DNA of 64,000 nucleotides from Octopus sinensis (Eukaryota): NCBI RefSeq assembly GCF_006345805.1, contig NC_043009.1, positions 24,056,001 to 24,120,000 of the forward strand, read 5' to 3'. Shown piece by piece: positions 39,901 to 53,710 of this stretch (position 1 is its first letter; each line of letters starts with the position of its first letter). The notes under the pieces were generated by a model. It saw only the letters and a program-made list of their open reading frames with translations, ran no database searches and was not told where the DNA came from. The position numbers and the translations under genes were made by a program.

Positions 39901-40628
39901 GCATGTATGTATATATTATTTATCTGCGTGTGTATATGTGAGTATCTTTGTGCATGTCTCTAACCGCGTAGCAACCGCTCCTGTTTTGTCTACGTTCCCA
40001 TAGCAAATCGTTTCAACAATACAATAGGCACCATGATATATAAGAAATGAACCCTGGTGTCGAATTTTTCCGAATTTTTCGACCTTTTACTGGTGTCAGT
40101 ATTTTGGAGCCCATGAACACGGTGTTCTGACAAGGGCTAAGCGGTTAAGAAGGCCTCTTCGTTACCTTGTGGTCTTGTCTTCACCGAAGGACCCCTGCAT
40201 TCTCGTGCCCAGTATATTGGGTGAATTAATTCTTTTATAACTTTCTTTCCATGATGTTCTCTAGGAATTGTATTTATTGGTTGATCTGAAGATTCTGATT
40301 CTTACTCGCTTCAAGAAAATAGTGACGGTGACATAATCATCCCAGCGTTATATTAATGATGTCATTAATCTCCCTCTCTCATTTAAATGTATATGAAGAA
40401 TTAGCTTTGTGTGCATGTATGAATACCTGTATATACTCAAACACATCTCTCCCCCCTCTCTCTCTCACTATGTGTGTGAGAGACAGAGAGAGAAAGAGAG
40501 AGAGTGTGCGAGTGTGTGTGCGCGCGTATCTACTTAAGCTAGTTCCTACCTTTCAAGCAATGTTCTTAAATCCAAGCTTAACTTGCTTTCTACCTGCCTA
40601 TATCAATACCTATATATCTACCTATATA

Positions 40629-41189
40629 TTGGGTTGTCTGGAAAGTTCGTGCCGATTTATAGTAGTTTACCTTTCGACTTATTTTAGAACATGTTTGAGT
40701 CCATAAAATAGGATTTGACTACATCTCCATTTAGAGCACAGTTTAAGCTATCTTTTCGTGGAAGAAGGTTTATGTTCCTATAAACTGTGTTAATTCTGTA
40801 ACCCTTTAAAATGGAAGAAAGTTCATTTTCGGCACTTGATGGTTTGGGAATTAGACTAAAATTGCTGCAGCTCGGCTGAGATGTGTTACCCCACCCTCCA
40901 TATTCACCAGATGGTACTCCATCGGATTTCCACTTATTCAGGTCTCTGCAGAATAGTCTTAATGGTAAAAATTTGAGTTTCTTGGATGACGTAAAAAGAT
41001 ACCTTGATGAATTCTTTGTCATGAAACCACCTCAATTCTGGAAAGTGGGTATTTTCAAGTTAAAGGAAAGATGGAGACGCATTGTGCAACAAAATAGTTC
41101 ATATTTGGTTGATTAAAAATGTAATGGCAAGTATTTATTGACCCTTTTCTTTCCTTTAAAAATCGGCACAAACTTTCCGGACAACCCAA
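40629..41189 (+). mobile_element. Internally deleted mariner transposon
   Basis: TIRs TTGGGTTGTCTGGAAAGTTCGTGCCGATTT / AAATCGGCACAAACTTTCCGGACAACCCAA flanked by TA; C-terminal transposase LPHPPYSPDGTPSDFHLFRSLQN..GIFKLKERWRRIV joined to an N-terminal stub. Confidence 0.93.
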
Positions 41190-41344
41190 TATTTATGAAC
41201 CACATTCGCAAATTTCTACATATTTACACACGACACAAATAATTGAATCTCCTACACCATGACACATGAATCACATCAAATATTATATCGATATAATTAA
41301 TTATCTAATTTCATTCATTTTCATTTACTTCTTTACATTTACAG

Positions 41345-41560
41345 ATGCAATTGGAGATGCAAAATTTGCTTTGGAGGAAATGATAGCAAAACTTGAAACA
41401 GATGGAATGGTTCCGGATAATGAAGCAGCTATCGATACCTCAAATGAGGAATTGACAACTGATGTTTCAGAGAACGATTTGCAAAATGTAGAAAGAATGG
41501 GCTGCAGGTGGAGCGGAAATTATGGAAGATGTTGTGCAAGAGTACGTCCTGTTCCTGCAT
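41345..41560 (+). CDS. Gene 1 exon 2: acidic pro-region and start of Cys-rich core
   Basis: tttacatttacag| acceptor, 216 nt (phase 1-1), DAIGDAKFALEEM..QNVERMGCRWSGNYGRCCARVRPVPA, donor T|GTAAGT; homologous to 58106-58291. Confidence 0.9.
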
Positions 41561-42017
41561 GTAAGTAATATTTACACTGTTCCCTTCGAAGCTGACAGAG
41601 TACACCGGACAAAATGTTTAGCGTCATTTCGTCCGTTTTCCCATTCTCACTTCAAATTCTATCGATGTCGTCTTTGCTTTTCTTCCTTTCGGAAGTTGAC
41701 TCGTGGGGTTGATATAATTCACGTGCCCACCCTCAAAATTGCTGGCATCGTGCCAAAACAGGAAACTAAATTCATTTTCAATTAAGATTGCGATCTGCCA
41801 AAATCTCTACTGCGCCGAGCCGAATGTTTGCAGAATTTCTTCCGCCTCTTTACGTCTTTGTTCTCAAAGCGACGAAAATATTTTGACAAATTAAATTTAA
41901 ATGTTGAAGTCTTGTGTGTTTCTTAAATGGCTTATAAACACCTTCCACGCTGCAGTTGTTTTCGTTCCAGCACACGATCTCAGATCAGGTCACTTGCTAT
42001 GCAAGTACCTCTCCGTA

Positions 42018-42110
<93 letters not shown>

Positions 42111-42113
42111 ATG

Positions 42114-42200
<87 letters not shown>

Positions 42201-42296
42201 TATATACATATATATATACATGTATATATATTCATATATGAAGAAATTAAACAAATACAGTCAACAGGAAGGAGTACGGTTAGACAGCAATTTAAT

Positions 42297-42405
42297 ATAT
42301 ACTACACATGTTTCGATACAACATAGCTCCCCATGTACGCAGGATTTCAATTATGCAACGGTTTAACTGTATAATGGCAACCGGTTGTATATCCTCAGGT
42401 GATAT
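42297..42405 (-). ncRNA. Degenerate hammerhead motif, solo copy in gene 1 intron 2 (antisense)
   Basis: CTGAGGA-T-ATACAAC..GTTGTAT-C-GAAA-CATGTG-TA-GTATAT; 7-bp stem II, ACATGT palindrome, GUA triplet, bulged stem I. Confidence 0.5.
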
Positions 42406-42551
42406 ATAATCGCTGTCCCCGTAAGTAAATCTTTGACCTTAATGCTGAAGTCAAATATTTACTTTGAACGCTAAACTAATAACGTTCCCTGAGAAAACTC
42501 CTTTTCGCTGTTTTCGTGTTTGAAATCATCGTTCGTTACTGGTTCTCCTGC

Positions 42552-42552
<1 letters not shown>

Positions 42553-42623
<71 letters not shown>

Positions 42624-42686
42624 TTAACTATCTGTCTGTCTGTCTATCTGTCTGTCTGTCTGTCTATCTGTCTGTCTGTCTGCCTG

Positions 42687-42741
<55 letters not shown>

Positions 42742-42780
42742 TTAACTATCTGTCTGTCTGTCTATCTGTCTGTCTGCCTG

Positions 42781-42866
<86 letters not shown>

Positions 42867-42875
42867 GCTAGCTAG
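42553..42875. repeat. (TATC)n/(TGTC)n compound microsatellite
   Basis: Direct inspection. Confidence 0.95.
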
Positions 42876-42944
42876 CAATCTCGCTGTTTATCTCTCGCCC
42901 TCTCTCTTCCTCTCTCACTGCCTAGAGCAGAAATGGATATTTTG

Positions 42945-43095
42945 TCTGTCTTTACGTTTTGAGGTCAAATTCCGCCGTGGTCGACTTTGCGTTTCATCCT
43001 TTCGCGGTCGATAGATTAAGTACCAGTTATGTACTGGAGTTGATTTAATCGACTGGCCCCTAAAACATTTCGGGCCTTGTACCGAGAGTAGAATA
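42945..43095 (+). mobile_element. SINE family B, partial
   Basis: ggtcaaattccgccgtggtcgactttgcgtttcatcctttcgcggtcgatagattaagtaccagtt. Confidence 0.75.
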
Positions 43096-43170
43096 GATTA
43101 TTTTGCTGCTTTCAGCTACAGGCTGAGTATACGCTGGATCGCTAAAGGTTTAATTATATTTCCATTTCAG

Positions 43171-43254
43171 TCTGCATCACTATGACACTTCGTAGAGGCG
43201 CAATAACGTTCAGGCTGACTGTCGGTAGACGCACATTGATGTCAAGAACTTTCC
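43171..43254 (+). CDS. Gene 1 exon 3
   Basis: ttccatttcag| acceptor, 84 nt (phase 1-1), (F)CITMTLRRGAITFRLTVGRRTLMSRTF, donor C|GTGAGT; keeps the frame between exons 2 and 4. Confidence 0.82.
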
Positions 43255-43474
43255 GTGAGTATTTTTACTGCATTATTCTCTGCCTTTCATATTTCATTTA
43301 TTTAAGTCACTTGACTGGGGCCGTGCCGGGGCACCGCCTTGAAGACTTTATTACTCAGATAAATCGAACTTCTTTTTCTTGAAGCATAGTAATTATTCTA
43401 ACAGTTTCTTATGCCGAACCGTTAAGTCAAGTAGGCATAAACTCACCAGCACCGGTTGCCAAGCAGTGATTGTG

Positions 43475-43543
<69 letters not shown>

Positions 43544-43745
43544 TACACACAGAAACTCAAAAAGAAGAAACTCCAGGGCTTCATTCGATGGAGGAGCTCG
43601 CGCTTAGTGACATCAACGCGCTGTAGAAGCACCTGTATTTATATATCCATGTATACATACGTACATAACATAATACATGCATTTATACATACATACATAC
43701 GTACATACATACATACATACGTACGTACATACATACATACATACA

Positions 43746-43779
<34 letters not shown>

Positions 43780-44514
43780 CATACATACAAGGGGCGTATA
43801 TCCCGGGTGTAGTAGGTGCGCGCTGCACACCCATCTAAAATGATAAATTCCTTATAAATATTAATCTTACTCATTAATTTAATCGCAAATCTTAATGGAA
43901 AAGTTTTGTTATACCTCTGCTTTAAAGTTGGTGACATTGGGTGTGGAAGTACACTCAATACAACAACCACCATGCACCACTGATACCTACCTACCTACCT
44001 ACCTCCTTAATTCTTCTGTCCCTCTGCTTCTACTTCTCTCTCTTCTCTTCCCACGTGACCTGCTCTTTCTTTCTGGATATGACCCTGGTCCGTGCAACAT
44101 CGATATTTTTCCCTGTGTTTGTGAAACTTTTGTATCCCACACGCGCCAGCTTAATTTAATTCGTCCTTAGTCGAAAGACACCTGTTGTTATGTCCTGTTA
44201 TTATTGTATATTTTTATTGTATTTATATTTGTGTAACATTGTCCGTTTTTTTCCGTCCTAGTTTTTGTATATATTTGATGCTTTCTTCTAAGGAATGTAA
44301 TGCTTTTAGCTTAGTTTTTTCCTTGGGACCGGCTAGATTGGAGCAATCTCAAGAATAATCAGTCGAAATTGCGAGGATAAACTGGTTCTTGACTGAAGAT
44401 AGAAAACTTCGAATGACCCGTCCTTGTTTTCTTTGTATCGTCTATCTGGATGTTTTGTTGTCCCCTTTTGTATCACCTGGTTGTCCGGATGTTTTGTGTT
44501 CTTGTCCCATTTTG

Positions 44515-44554
<40 letters not shown>

Positions 44555-44678
44555 CGGCGTACGTACACTTTGTTCACTTACATACATACATACATACATA
44601 CATATATACATACATACATACGTGCATGCATGCATACATACATACATACATACATACATACATACATACATACATACA

Positions 44679-44710
<32 letters not shown>

Positions 44711-44790
44711 CACTTATATAAATATACATGTATACATATATTTGTGGTTTTCTCCAGTGTCTAATATCTATGTCTATATCTATTTTATAG

Positions 44791-45125
44791 GAGGCAGATT
44801 CTCCAAAACCTTCAACTTTCATCTTGGAGTTGTAAATGTAGGCTTCAGAATATCCGTAGTAAGTTTCACACGTCACAGCGTTAAGATTTGTTTCGGGATA
44901 TCTTACCGTGTTTTCTTTCACCATCGCTCTAAAAGTCTCGGATGCACCACCAAACACTTTCTTTCCAATGAAAATAGCCCATTGGACGACATGGATGATG
45001 TGATGATGAATGCTAACTCATTTTTGGCGTCCCAAGTTATCGATGCTGAGAAACTTTCCAGTTTGGAATACATTGATGAAGAAAACCAAAGCGAAAATCC
45101 TCTCGTTTGGAAAATGAATGCCTAG
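44791..45125 (+). CDS. Gene 1 exon 4 (terminal): end of cationic core plus acidic tail
   Basis: tattttatag| acceptor, (R)GRFSKTFNFHLGVVNVGFRISVVSFTRHSVKICFGISYRVFFHHRSKSLGCTTKHF-LSNENSPLDDMDD..WKMNA-TAG; AATAAA at 45190 and 45324. Confidence 0.85.
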
Positions 45126-45687
45126 AAAAAGATATTCTCTGAATTAGATAAAATATGGTAGTTTTTTGCTTGATATCAGAGAGGTATATAATAAAATCTA
45201 AATTTACTTTATGATTTAAAATGATACAGAATATACTGCAAGACATTAAAAAGTAAAGCTGAAAGAAAACTAAGTAAATTCACTTGATAAGATTATGAAA
45301 ATATAAGAAACCAAAAACTGTTCAATAAATGTTTGTTTAATTTATGTTTTCTTGTGTTATGTATGATTGGCTTTCGTTTATTACATAATGAATATTGCTG
45401 TCTGTGTTATAAGGGAAATATCCCAACTAACATAATGTGAAGCTCAGACGGACCGCTCTAACTTGTTATGACATAATTGGTTAGCTAAGAAAGTAGAGAT
45501 AATCTTAAAATATTTTCAAAAAGCTCCATAACTTTTGTAAGTACAGCTACCCAGGGTTTCATGAACGAAATAATTTCTTCCGCCATTTATATTTCAGTTT
45601 GATAAATGGCGGAATATATTATTATTTCGACCTTGAAACTCTGTGTTTTTTTTTTCTTTTAAGATTTTACACACACACACACACACA

Positions 45688-47267
<1,580 letters not shown>

Positions 47268-48024
47268 TGTATATGTACAAATATATTTACTAAAAGCATA
47301 AAATATACAGAATACTAAGAGAATACATGATTTCTTAATTTTAAAATTTATTTGAACCCCACCATTTGTTTTGTATAATGAGTATATTGAACTTTCACTC
47401 ATTATGTATGTCCCGCGCCACCACTTCACAACTGGTGTTTGTTTGTGTACGTCCGCTTAATATTCAGCAAATAAACCTGGTAGAATAAGTACCAGGTTTA
47501 GAAAAAATTATAACTACTGGGGTCCATCCGTTGGCTAGAGTCTGACTGCGGCAAGTAAAAGATTAAAGATGAATGATAAAAGGCTTTTGTACACCTTTGA
47601 TTTAAATTTCACTCTTCCAAGCCAACTTTGTTGAATCTAGAAATGATTGTCTCCCTTAAGATAGCTGAACACTAAATATACTTTACCCTAAATATACGAC
47701 GCGATTCTATACATTTTCCATCTACACATTTATTCGCGAAGCATCGGTCGTCTGGGGCCTACAGAAGAAGATATTTAACCAATGTCCCGCGTAGCGGGAT
47801 TGAACCTGAAGCGTCGTGGTTACAAAGTGAGTTTCTTAACTAAACCGCTGGTACGGGGTCTATATAAGCATTTGAAATATTTTACAAGAAGTTATTTACA
47901 TATATCATATGAATTACAGCTTAAGTAAGTTCCTGTTGCGCCTATTCGAGGTTTAGGTCCATCCCATTCACTTTCACTTTTCTACCACTCAAATAACAAC
48001 ATAGGCAAGGAGCTCTTCAAAAAC

Positions 48025-48031
48025 TATAAAA
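48025..48031 (+). promoter_or_regulatory. TATA-like box of gene 2
   Basis: TATAAAA 104 bp upstream of the ATG, positionally similar to gene 1. Confidence 0.45.
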
Positions 48032-48128
48032 TACTCAAACCTCAAACGTTCCTCTCCATTGTACTTCATTAGTTTCTCATTAGCGTTCGTGTCTGCGTCG
48101 AATTTTTGATAAAAACGAAATCAACACC

Positions 48129-48225
48129 ATGATGAAGCTGATAAGCGGTGGTATCATATACTTGGCACTCGTGTTCCATCTGGGAACAGGTGCTGTGGTG
48201 AATGTTGAACAGAAGTTAAGTGAAG
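48129..48225 (+). CDS. Gene 2 exon 1: signal peptide, paralogue of gene 1
   Basis: MMKLISGGIIYLALVFHLGTGA|VVNVEQKLSE then G|GTAAGT (phase 1); shares IYLAL.F.LGTGAVV...K.SE with gene 1. Confidence 0.88.
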
Positions 48226-48817
48226 GTAAGTACTGCGTTACTATATTACAACATAAATACTTATAACAAGTGGATGTTTTATATGTGTGTGTATGTGTAT
48301 GTGTGTGTATATATGCGAGTATGTATATGTACATAAATGTATACATCTATAAAAATATGGACATATGTATGTATACAGATACACAAACACACACACAGGA
48401 CCCGCGTGGTTTTCTTTGTATCGTCTGCCTGGATGTTTTGCATTCTTGTCCCATTTGTATTTTTTCAATCAAACGCTATCTTCTTCGATATAAAAACGAA
48501 AATAATAGTTTACATCACCCAGGACGGACTATAGTTTGTAAAAAAATGGTGATGGGCACTTTTGATAATGGGACTGCTAAATTAGGTCTGATCTGGCGGT
48601 TAAACATTCCCATGTTTGGTTTGCTTGTAGTCGATAAAAATTACTGTGTGTGAATGCACACATACTCATTTCATCTCTATCTTTAATCTTTTACTAGTTC
48701 GGTCATTTGATTGCGGCCATGCTGGGGCATTACCTTAAAAGCTTCTAGTCGAACAACTTGAACCCAGGAATTATTTAAAGTCTAGTACTTATGTTATTTG
48801 TTTCTTTTTATGACATG

Positions 48818-48888
<71 letters not shown>

Positions 48889-48889
48889 T

Positions 48890-49165
48890 GTTCCTTCTCG
48901 AGCCATGCCTGGTTCATAAGGGTCGGTTTGCCGGTTTTCTTGGCGTATATAAGTTCCCTCGCAGGTAAGCTGCAAGATGCAGGAGGACAAAGTGAGAGAA
49001 AGTTGTGGCGAAAGAGTCAGGAGAAGTTCACAATTACCTTCTGCCGGAGCGGAGGGGAGCTTAGGTGTTTCACTCATAAACACACATCGCCCGGCCTGAG
49101 ATTCGAACCCGCAATCCTTCGACCGCGAATCCGCTTCTCTAACCACTAGGCCATGTGCCTCCACA
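48890..49165 (-). mobile_element. tRNA-derived SINE family D
   Basis: Minus strand ggaggcacaTGGCCTAGTGGttag..gcGGGTTCGAATCtc (clear A and B boxes) followed by a non-tRNA body. Confidence 0.8.
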
Positions 49166-49167
49166 CA

Positions 49168-49310
49168 TATACATATATACGACGAGCTTCTTTCAGTTTC
49201 CATCTGCCAAATCCACTGACGAGGTTTTGGTCAGCCCAAGGTTGTAGTAGAAGACTGAACCTAGAACTATGTCGTAGGAAAGAAGATTCTTACCGCACAG
49301 CCACGCCTAG
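49168..49310 (-). mobile_element. SINE family A, decayed head
   Basis: gacgagcttctttcagtttccatctgccaaatccact..cgcacagccacgcc. Confidence 0.65.
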
Positions 49311-49479
49311 AATTCTTCAGAATTTCAAATTGGTTTCGTCAGCGTTTTTGGACAATAAGTCAGATGATGTTTATGTTTGAGAGGTAATTTTACTGTTATT
49401 TCTGTTTGATAAAGTCGATATTCTGTGTCAAGTTCGACGGCTCCTCTCGTTTGTTTCTCATCGAATAAATATTAATAGC

Positions 49480-49860
49480 TGGCAGAATTGTTAGGATGGC
49501 GGGCAAAATGCTTAGCGGCATTTAGTTTGTCTGTACCTTCTGAGCTTAAATTCCGCCGAGGTCGACTTTGCTTTCATCCTTTCGGAGTCGATAAATTAAG
49601 TACCAGTTGTGTACTCGTGTCAATCTAATCAACTGATTCCCTTCCCCAAAATTTCAGGCCTTGTGCCTATAATAGAAAGGATTAATTTCAAATTTTGACA
49701 CATCGTTCCTTGTGCTCAACTAGTTCTTATTTTATCGACCTCAAAACAATAAAAGTCAAAGCTGACCTTTCCGGGCTTCGAACCGAAGCCGTAAAGACGG
49801 ACGAAATGCTGCTAAACATTATTTCCCGGTGTGCTAACGACTCTTCTAGCTCGCTACTCT
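49480..49860. mobile_element. Two SINE family B copies in opposite orientation
   Basis: 49480-49680 on plus (gctggcagaattgttagg..aaattccgccgaggtcgac) and ~49700-49860 on minus. Confidence 0.7.
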
Positions 49861-50029
49861 TTTCATCAAAAGAGCATTAAGGTTAATATACGGTCTCTCT
49901 CCTGCTACGGTGATTAATATAAGTAAGTAATCAATCGAAGTATATATTTTGGAGCGTGACCTAGTGGTCAGGGTGTTGTACACTCAATGTTGCGATCGTG
50001 GTCTCGATTCTCGGACCAGAATTGCGTTC

Positions 50030-51800
50030 TGGTCTTATGTAGTGTTTGGTATTTATAGAGATCTCCCTTCCTTAGCACTGAGACGATGTTACTGATCCTC
50101 CACTGATTTGGGGCGACTCCTTTTTCCAGTGCCTAGTTTCAGAACTCCAGGACCATATCTTCAAAAGCACACCTCTTCATTACCTCTGGTGCTACTCTAT
50201 ATTCTCCATAGGCCTTGCCCTCCTTGATATTCTTGGCTCTTTGAAGCTCCTCTTTGGTGAAGGGTCTTGTCTCAATAGACAGTTCCTCAAACAGCTGCCT
50301 GATCAACTCGGTGTTCTGGGTTGTGGAAGACAGCTCTCCTTATAGGGTCTTAAAATGGTCCAACCATTTACTCTTCCTATCCTTCGGCCCTGTTTCCTGG
50401 ATCTGACTCGAACTCCATCTCTTCCTCCCTGTGAGTTCATTGATGATCGTCCAGCTCTCTGTAAACCTAGACCCGTCAACCCCTCTGTCCCCACTTCTGA
50501 TCTTCTCCATAAGTGCTTCCTCTCTGGCGTCAGTGTAATCGGTACAGGGTTCTTCCTTCATCACCCCAACTTTCTCTTTCCTCTCCTTCTCCTTGGCAGC
50601 TTTCAGCTGTTCTCTAGCTGCACACACATTTGGGACTGCAAAGCTGACGTCCCTCTTCTTTTCTCGCCTCGGCACCAGGACCTCACTTGCATCTGCCGCT
50701 GCTTTGATGAAGTACCCGTACCTCCTCGTCACACTCTCCTCAATCCCTCCAATCTCTCTCTCCTCTGCCTCTCCACACGGGGCACTGAACTGTAATTCAT
50801 TTCTACTGTGTACCTCTATTTTAGCTATTATCTTCCTTGAAAGCTTCCCATTCATTGATTGCTCTCTGGGGCTTAATCTTACTCTTTCTTAAGCTCTGAA
50901 ATAGTTGTATGGTTCTGTGTTTAGAATACTATTCCGCCTCTTCTTCCTCACCAGAATGAAATCAATTTGGGACTTGGACAGGTGCGTATCAGAAATGTAG
51001 GTCCACATTTTCCCTGGATTCGTCCTAAATCTTGGACTGGTTGCCATCAAGTTCGTCTCTAGTAAGGGCAGGGGGTCCCTCAGTAGTCTCCCATTTCGGT
51101 TGGTGTTGTTATGGAAGTACTAGCAAGGATCTTCACCGCTCTCCTTATTCAGATGTGTATTGAAGTCACCCAGAACGAGCTTGTGTGGTGTTGACAGTTC
51201 TACTTCCTCATGGAGCTCTTCCACACTCGCATCATTGTTTCCCTTAGTTGGTCTATAGACTTGGTCTATGAAAACCTAGCCTTGAGTTTCCATTGAAGCT
51301 CACCCTCAATACACGCGGGGAGGCAAGTATAATTTTCCTCACTAACAGACTGCCTCTTTCATTGTACACAAAACCAACTCCTCTTACTGCAGTACCAGCC
51401 GTGTTCCTCACTGCTGATGCGGTGATGATCTGGCTCTCCTTTCCAATCATCATTCTATTCAGGGGCTCATCGTGTAGGATCCTGTGTTCTTGGATCACAA
51501 GTATCTGCATACAACACTCCTCAAGCAGATGACCCAACTCTTCGTCAACGTCCGAAAAATCTTTACATTCAGAGTACCGATTCGTGTGGTTCGTTTGCCG
51601 GACAAAAACGTGTTCTTTATATTTGTCTCAGTAGCCCATCATGTCTCAGCGGTCCATCATCCACTGGCCCTCGCCGTGGCTCTAAACCAGGAGAGTCATA
51701 ACGACCAGGCTGCTCCACGGCGTTGTAGTTATGGCCTCTAACCCTAGAACTTTTAAATACACCCTCCATGGTTATTTTCAGTGGTTGATAATACTTTACC
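50030..51800 (-). mobile_element. Decayed RTE-like LINE, 5' half (APE endonuclease to start of RT)
   Basis: ILVIQEHR, GVGF, VLGDFNTH, SQIDFILVRKKRRNS, PFTKEELQRAKNIKEGKAYG, NIVSVLRKGDL; many stops and frameshifts. Confidence 0.85.
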
Positions 51801-52209
51801 AGCGCCACTCGAGAAAAGTAATTATTCAACCCATAAAAGAGGCTCCATCATGTACTACCACTTCGAGCCTGAACAGATATGGGAGTGATGACAAGTAAGG
51901 GGCAACTCCCCATTCCCCACAGCTCCTAGACTCCCTAACTGGAGCCATGTATTTTATTGGAGATATGATATGGCGTATGTTAGCAATATGATTTTTTAAA
52001 AGTATCATGAATGTATGAAATTATTAGTAGCTCTTTTGGTATGTGTATTAAATTAATATTTCTCTCTCACTGGATGAAATGCTTCTTTTGGTTGATTCCA
52101 CCTATATTCGATCAGGCACATAATATATATCAAGAATATATGTCTACTAATCTGGCGAGCTGCGTAGCTTCATAGCAATGCATACCTAAATATCCATCTC
52201 TCTATCGTA

Positions 52210-52246
<37 letters not shown>

Positions 52247-52254
52247 CATCCATC

Positions 52255-52275
52255 CATCCATCCATCCATCCATCC

Positions 52276-52366
<91 letters not shown>

Positions 52367-52403
52367 TATCTATCAATCAATCAATCTATCTAACTATCTA
52401 TCC

Positions 52404-52499
<96 letters not shown>
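52255..52499. repeat. (CCAT)n/(TATC)n/(TCAA)n microsatellite
   Basis: Direct inspection; abuts the Tx1-like element. Confidence 0.95.
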
Positions 52500-52500
<1 letters not shown>

Positions 52501-52508
52501 CGGACGAC

Positions 52509-53666
52509 TTGGTAATGATACTAGTCTATTTAAACAAAAGGGTCACGAAAGTCCAAATAAAAAACATACCACTTGAAGTCGAAACACAATGGTTGGTCTC
52601 TACCATCTGCTTTGAAATGACAGAGACAATGTCAGAGACAAACATCCTTGAAATCGCGGTTCTAGGAGAGAAAGACTATGTGGGCAAATCAATCGAATTC
52701 CTGCTTCAATTGGATGAAGCAGCAAGAGAGAAGATACCCACCGCTATAGAACTGCCAGGAGGCTACAAACTCTATATAGTGGTAGAGGGCAGGCGACCAC
52801 GCTGCTATTTGTGTGGAAGCGAAACACACTTGAAAAAGACGTGCCAACCACTGCACACCAAGAGCAACAACAACCACTACCACAACCAAAGCACTCCGAA
52901 AAAAAGCTCTACTACCCACACCACCATCACACAGAAGACGACAAGAGAAGCACACCAAGCTAATCCGTCATCAACCAAAAACCACTCAACACTGAAAAAA
53001 TACCAACACCACCAACAAAGCAAAACCCAAAGGAACAGAAAAACAAAGAAAACACACACAAACTGATCCCCCATCCCTATACCGCACTCAACACACACAA
53101 ACACTCAACAACCAACAACAACGAAAACAACAACACAACCACTTACACAGACATACATAAAAGCCACAACATACCCCTACCCCTTACTGATTCCTCAGAA
53201 ATTTCGTCGGAAGACGAAACCAGTGAGGAATGGCAAATAGCTAGAAAAAGAAGGAAAATAAGAGAGCAAACACAACCAAACCAAATGCAAACACGAACAA
53301 AGCAGGGGGAAATACATCTCACGAAGACATTTCAAAACCAACGCAAACAACAGCCACACCAACACCACAAAAATATATACAGCAAACATGCTCACAGCTA
53401 TAGACACCAAAAACACAAATTTGATGGAATACATCCAATCAAAAACAAACATAACAGAAGATGACATAAAAACAAACAATCACCCATACACAACACCACC
53501 AGACCACATCAAAATATTACACATCTCCAAAAGTCTGCACCACACACTCAAAAGCATTTTCCCCAGCGCGGTTGGTAAATGCCAAAAATATCTCACAAAG
53601 AAACTGTACTGGGATCTCCTCGAGGACAAACCAAAGGAGGAGAAAGCAAAAACTTTCGAGCAGTAA
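52509..53666 (+). pseudogene. Tx1-like ORF1 (zinc knuckle), frameshifted and probably 5'-truncated
   Basis: [17 protein letters not shown] (CCHC knuckle) followed by low-complexity T/Q/K-rich sequence. Confidence 0.7.
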
Positions 53667-53710
53667 GTAACCCTCTGTTCCTTTCACTTGTTTTCTAATT
53701 CATTAGGACT

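Noticed and set aside
41345-41568. Exon 2 read as a terminal exon ending ..PACK-stop (a short conotoxin-like peptide)
   Set aside because: T|GTAAGT is a consensus donor at the same position in both paralogues, and exons 3-4 continue in frame.
45541-45640. GAAACCCTGGGTA (minus strand) as part of a hammerhead
   Set aside because: No upstream CUGANGA core could be placed.
48890-49165. tRNA gene
   Set aside because: A and B boxes are present but there is no complete cloverleaf or terminator, and a SINE body follows.
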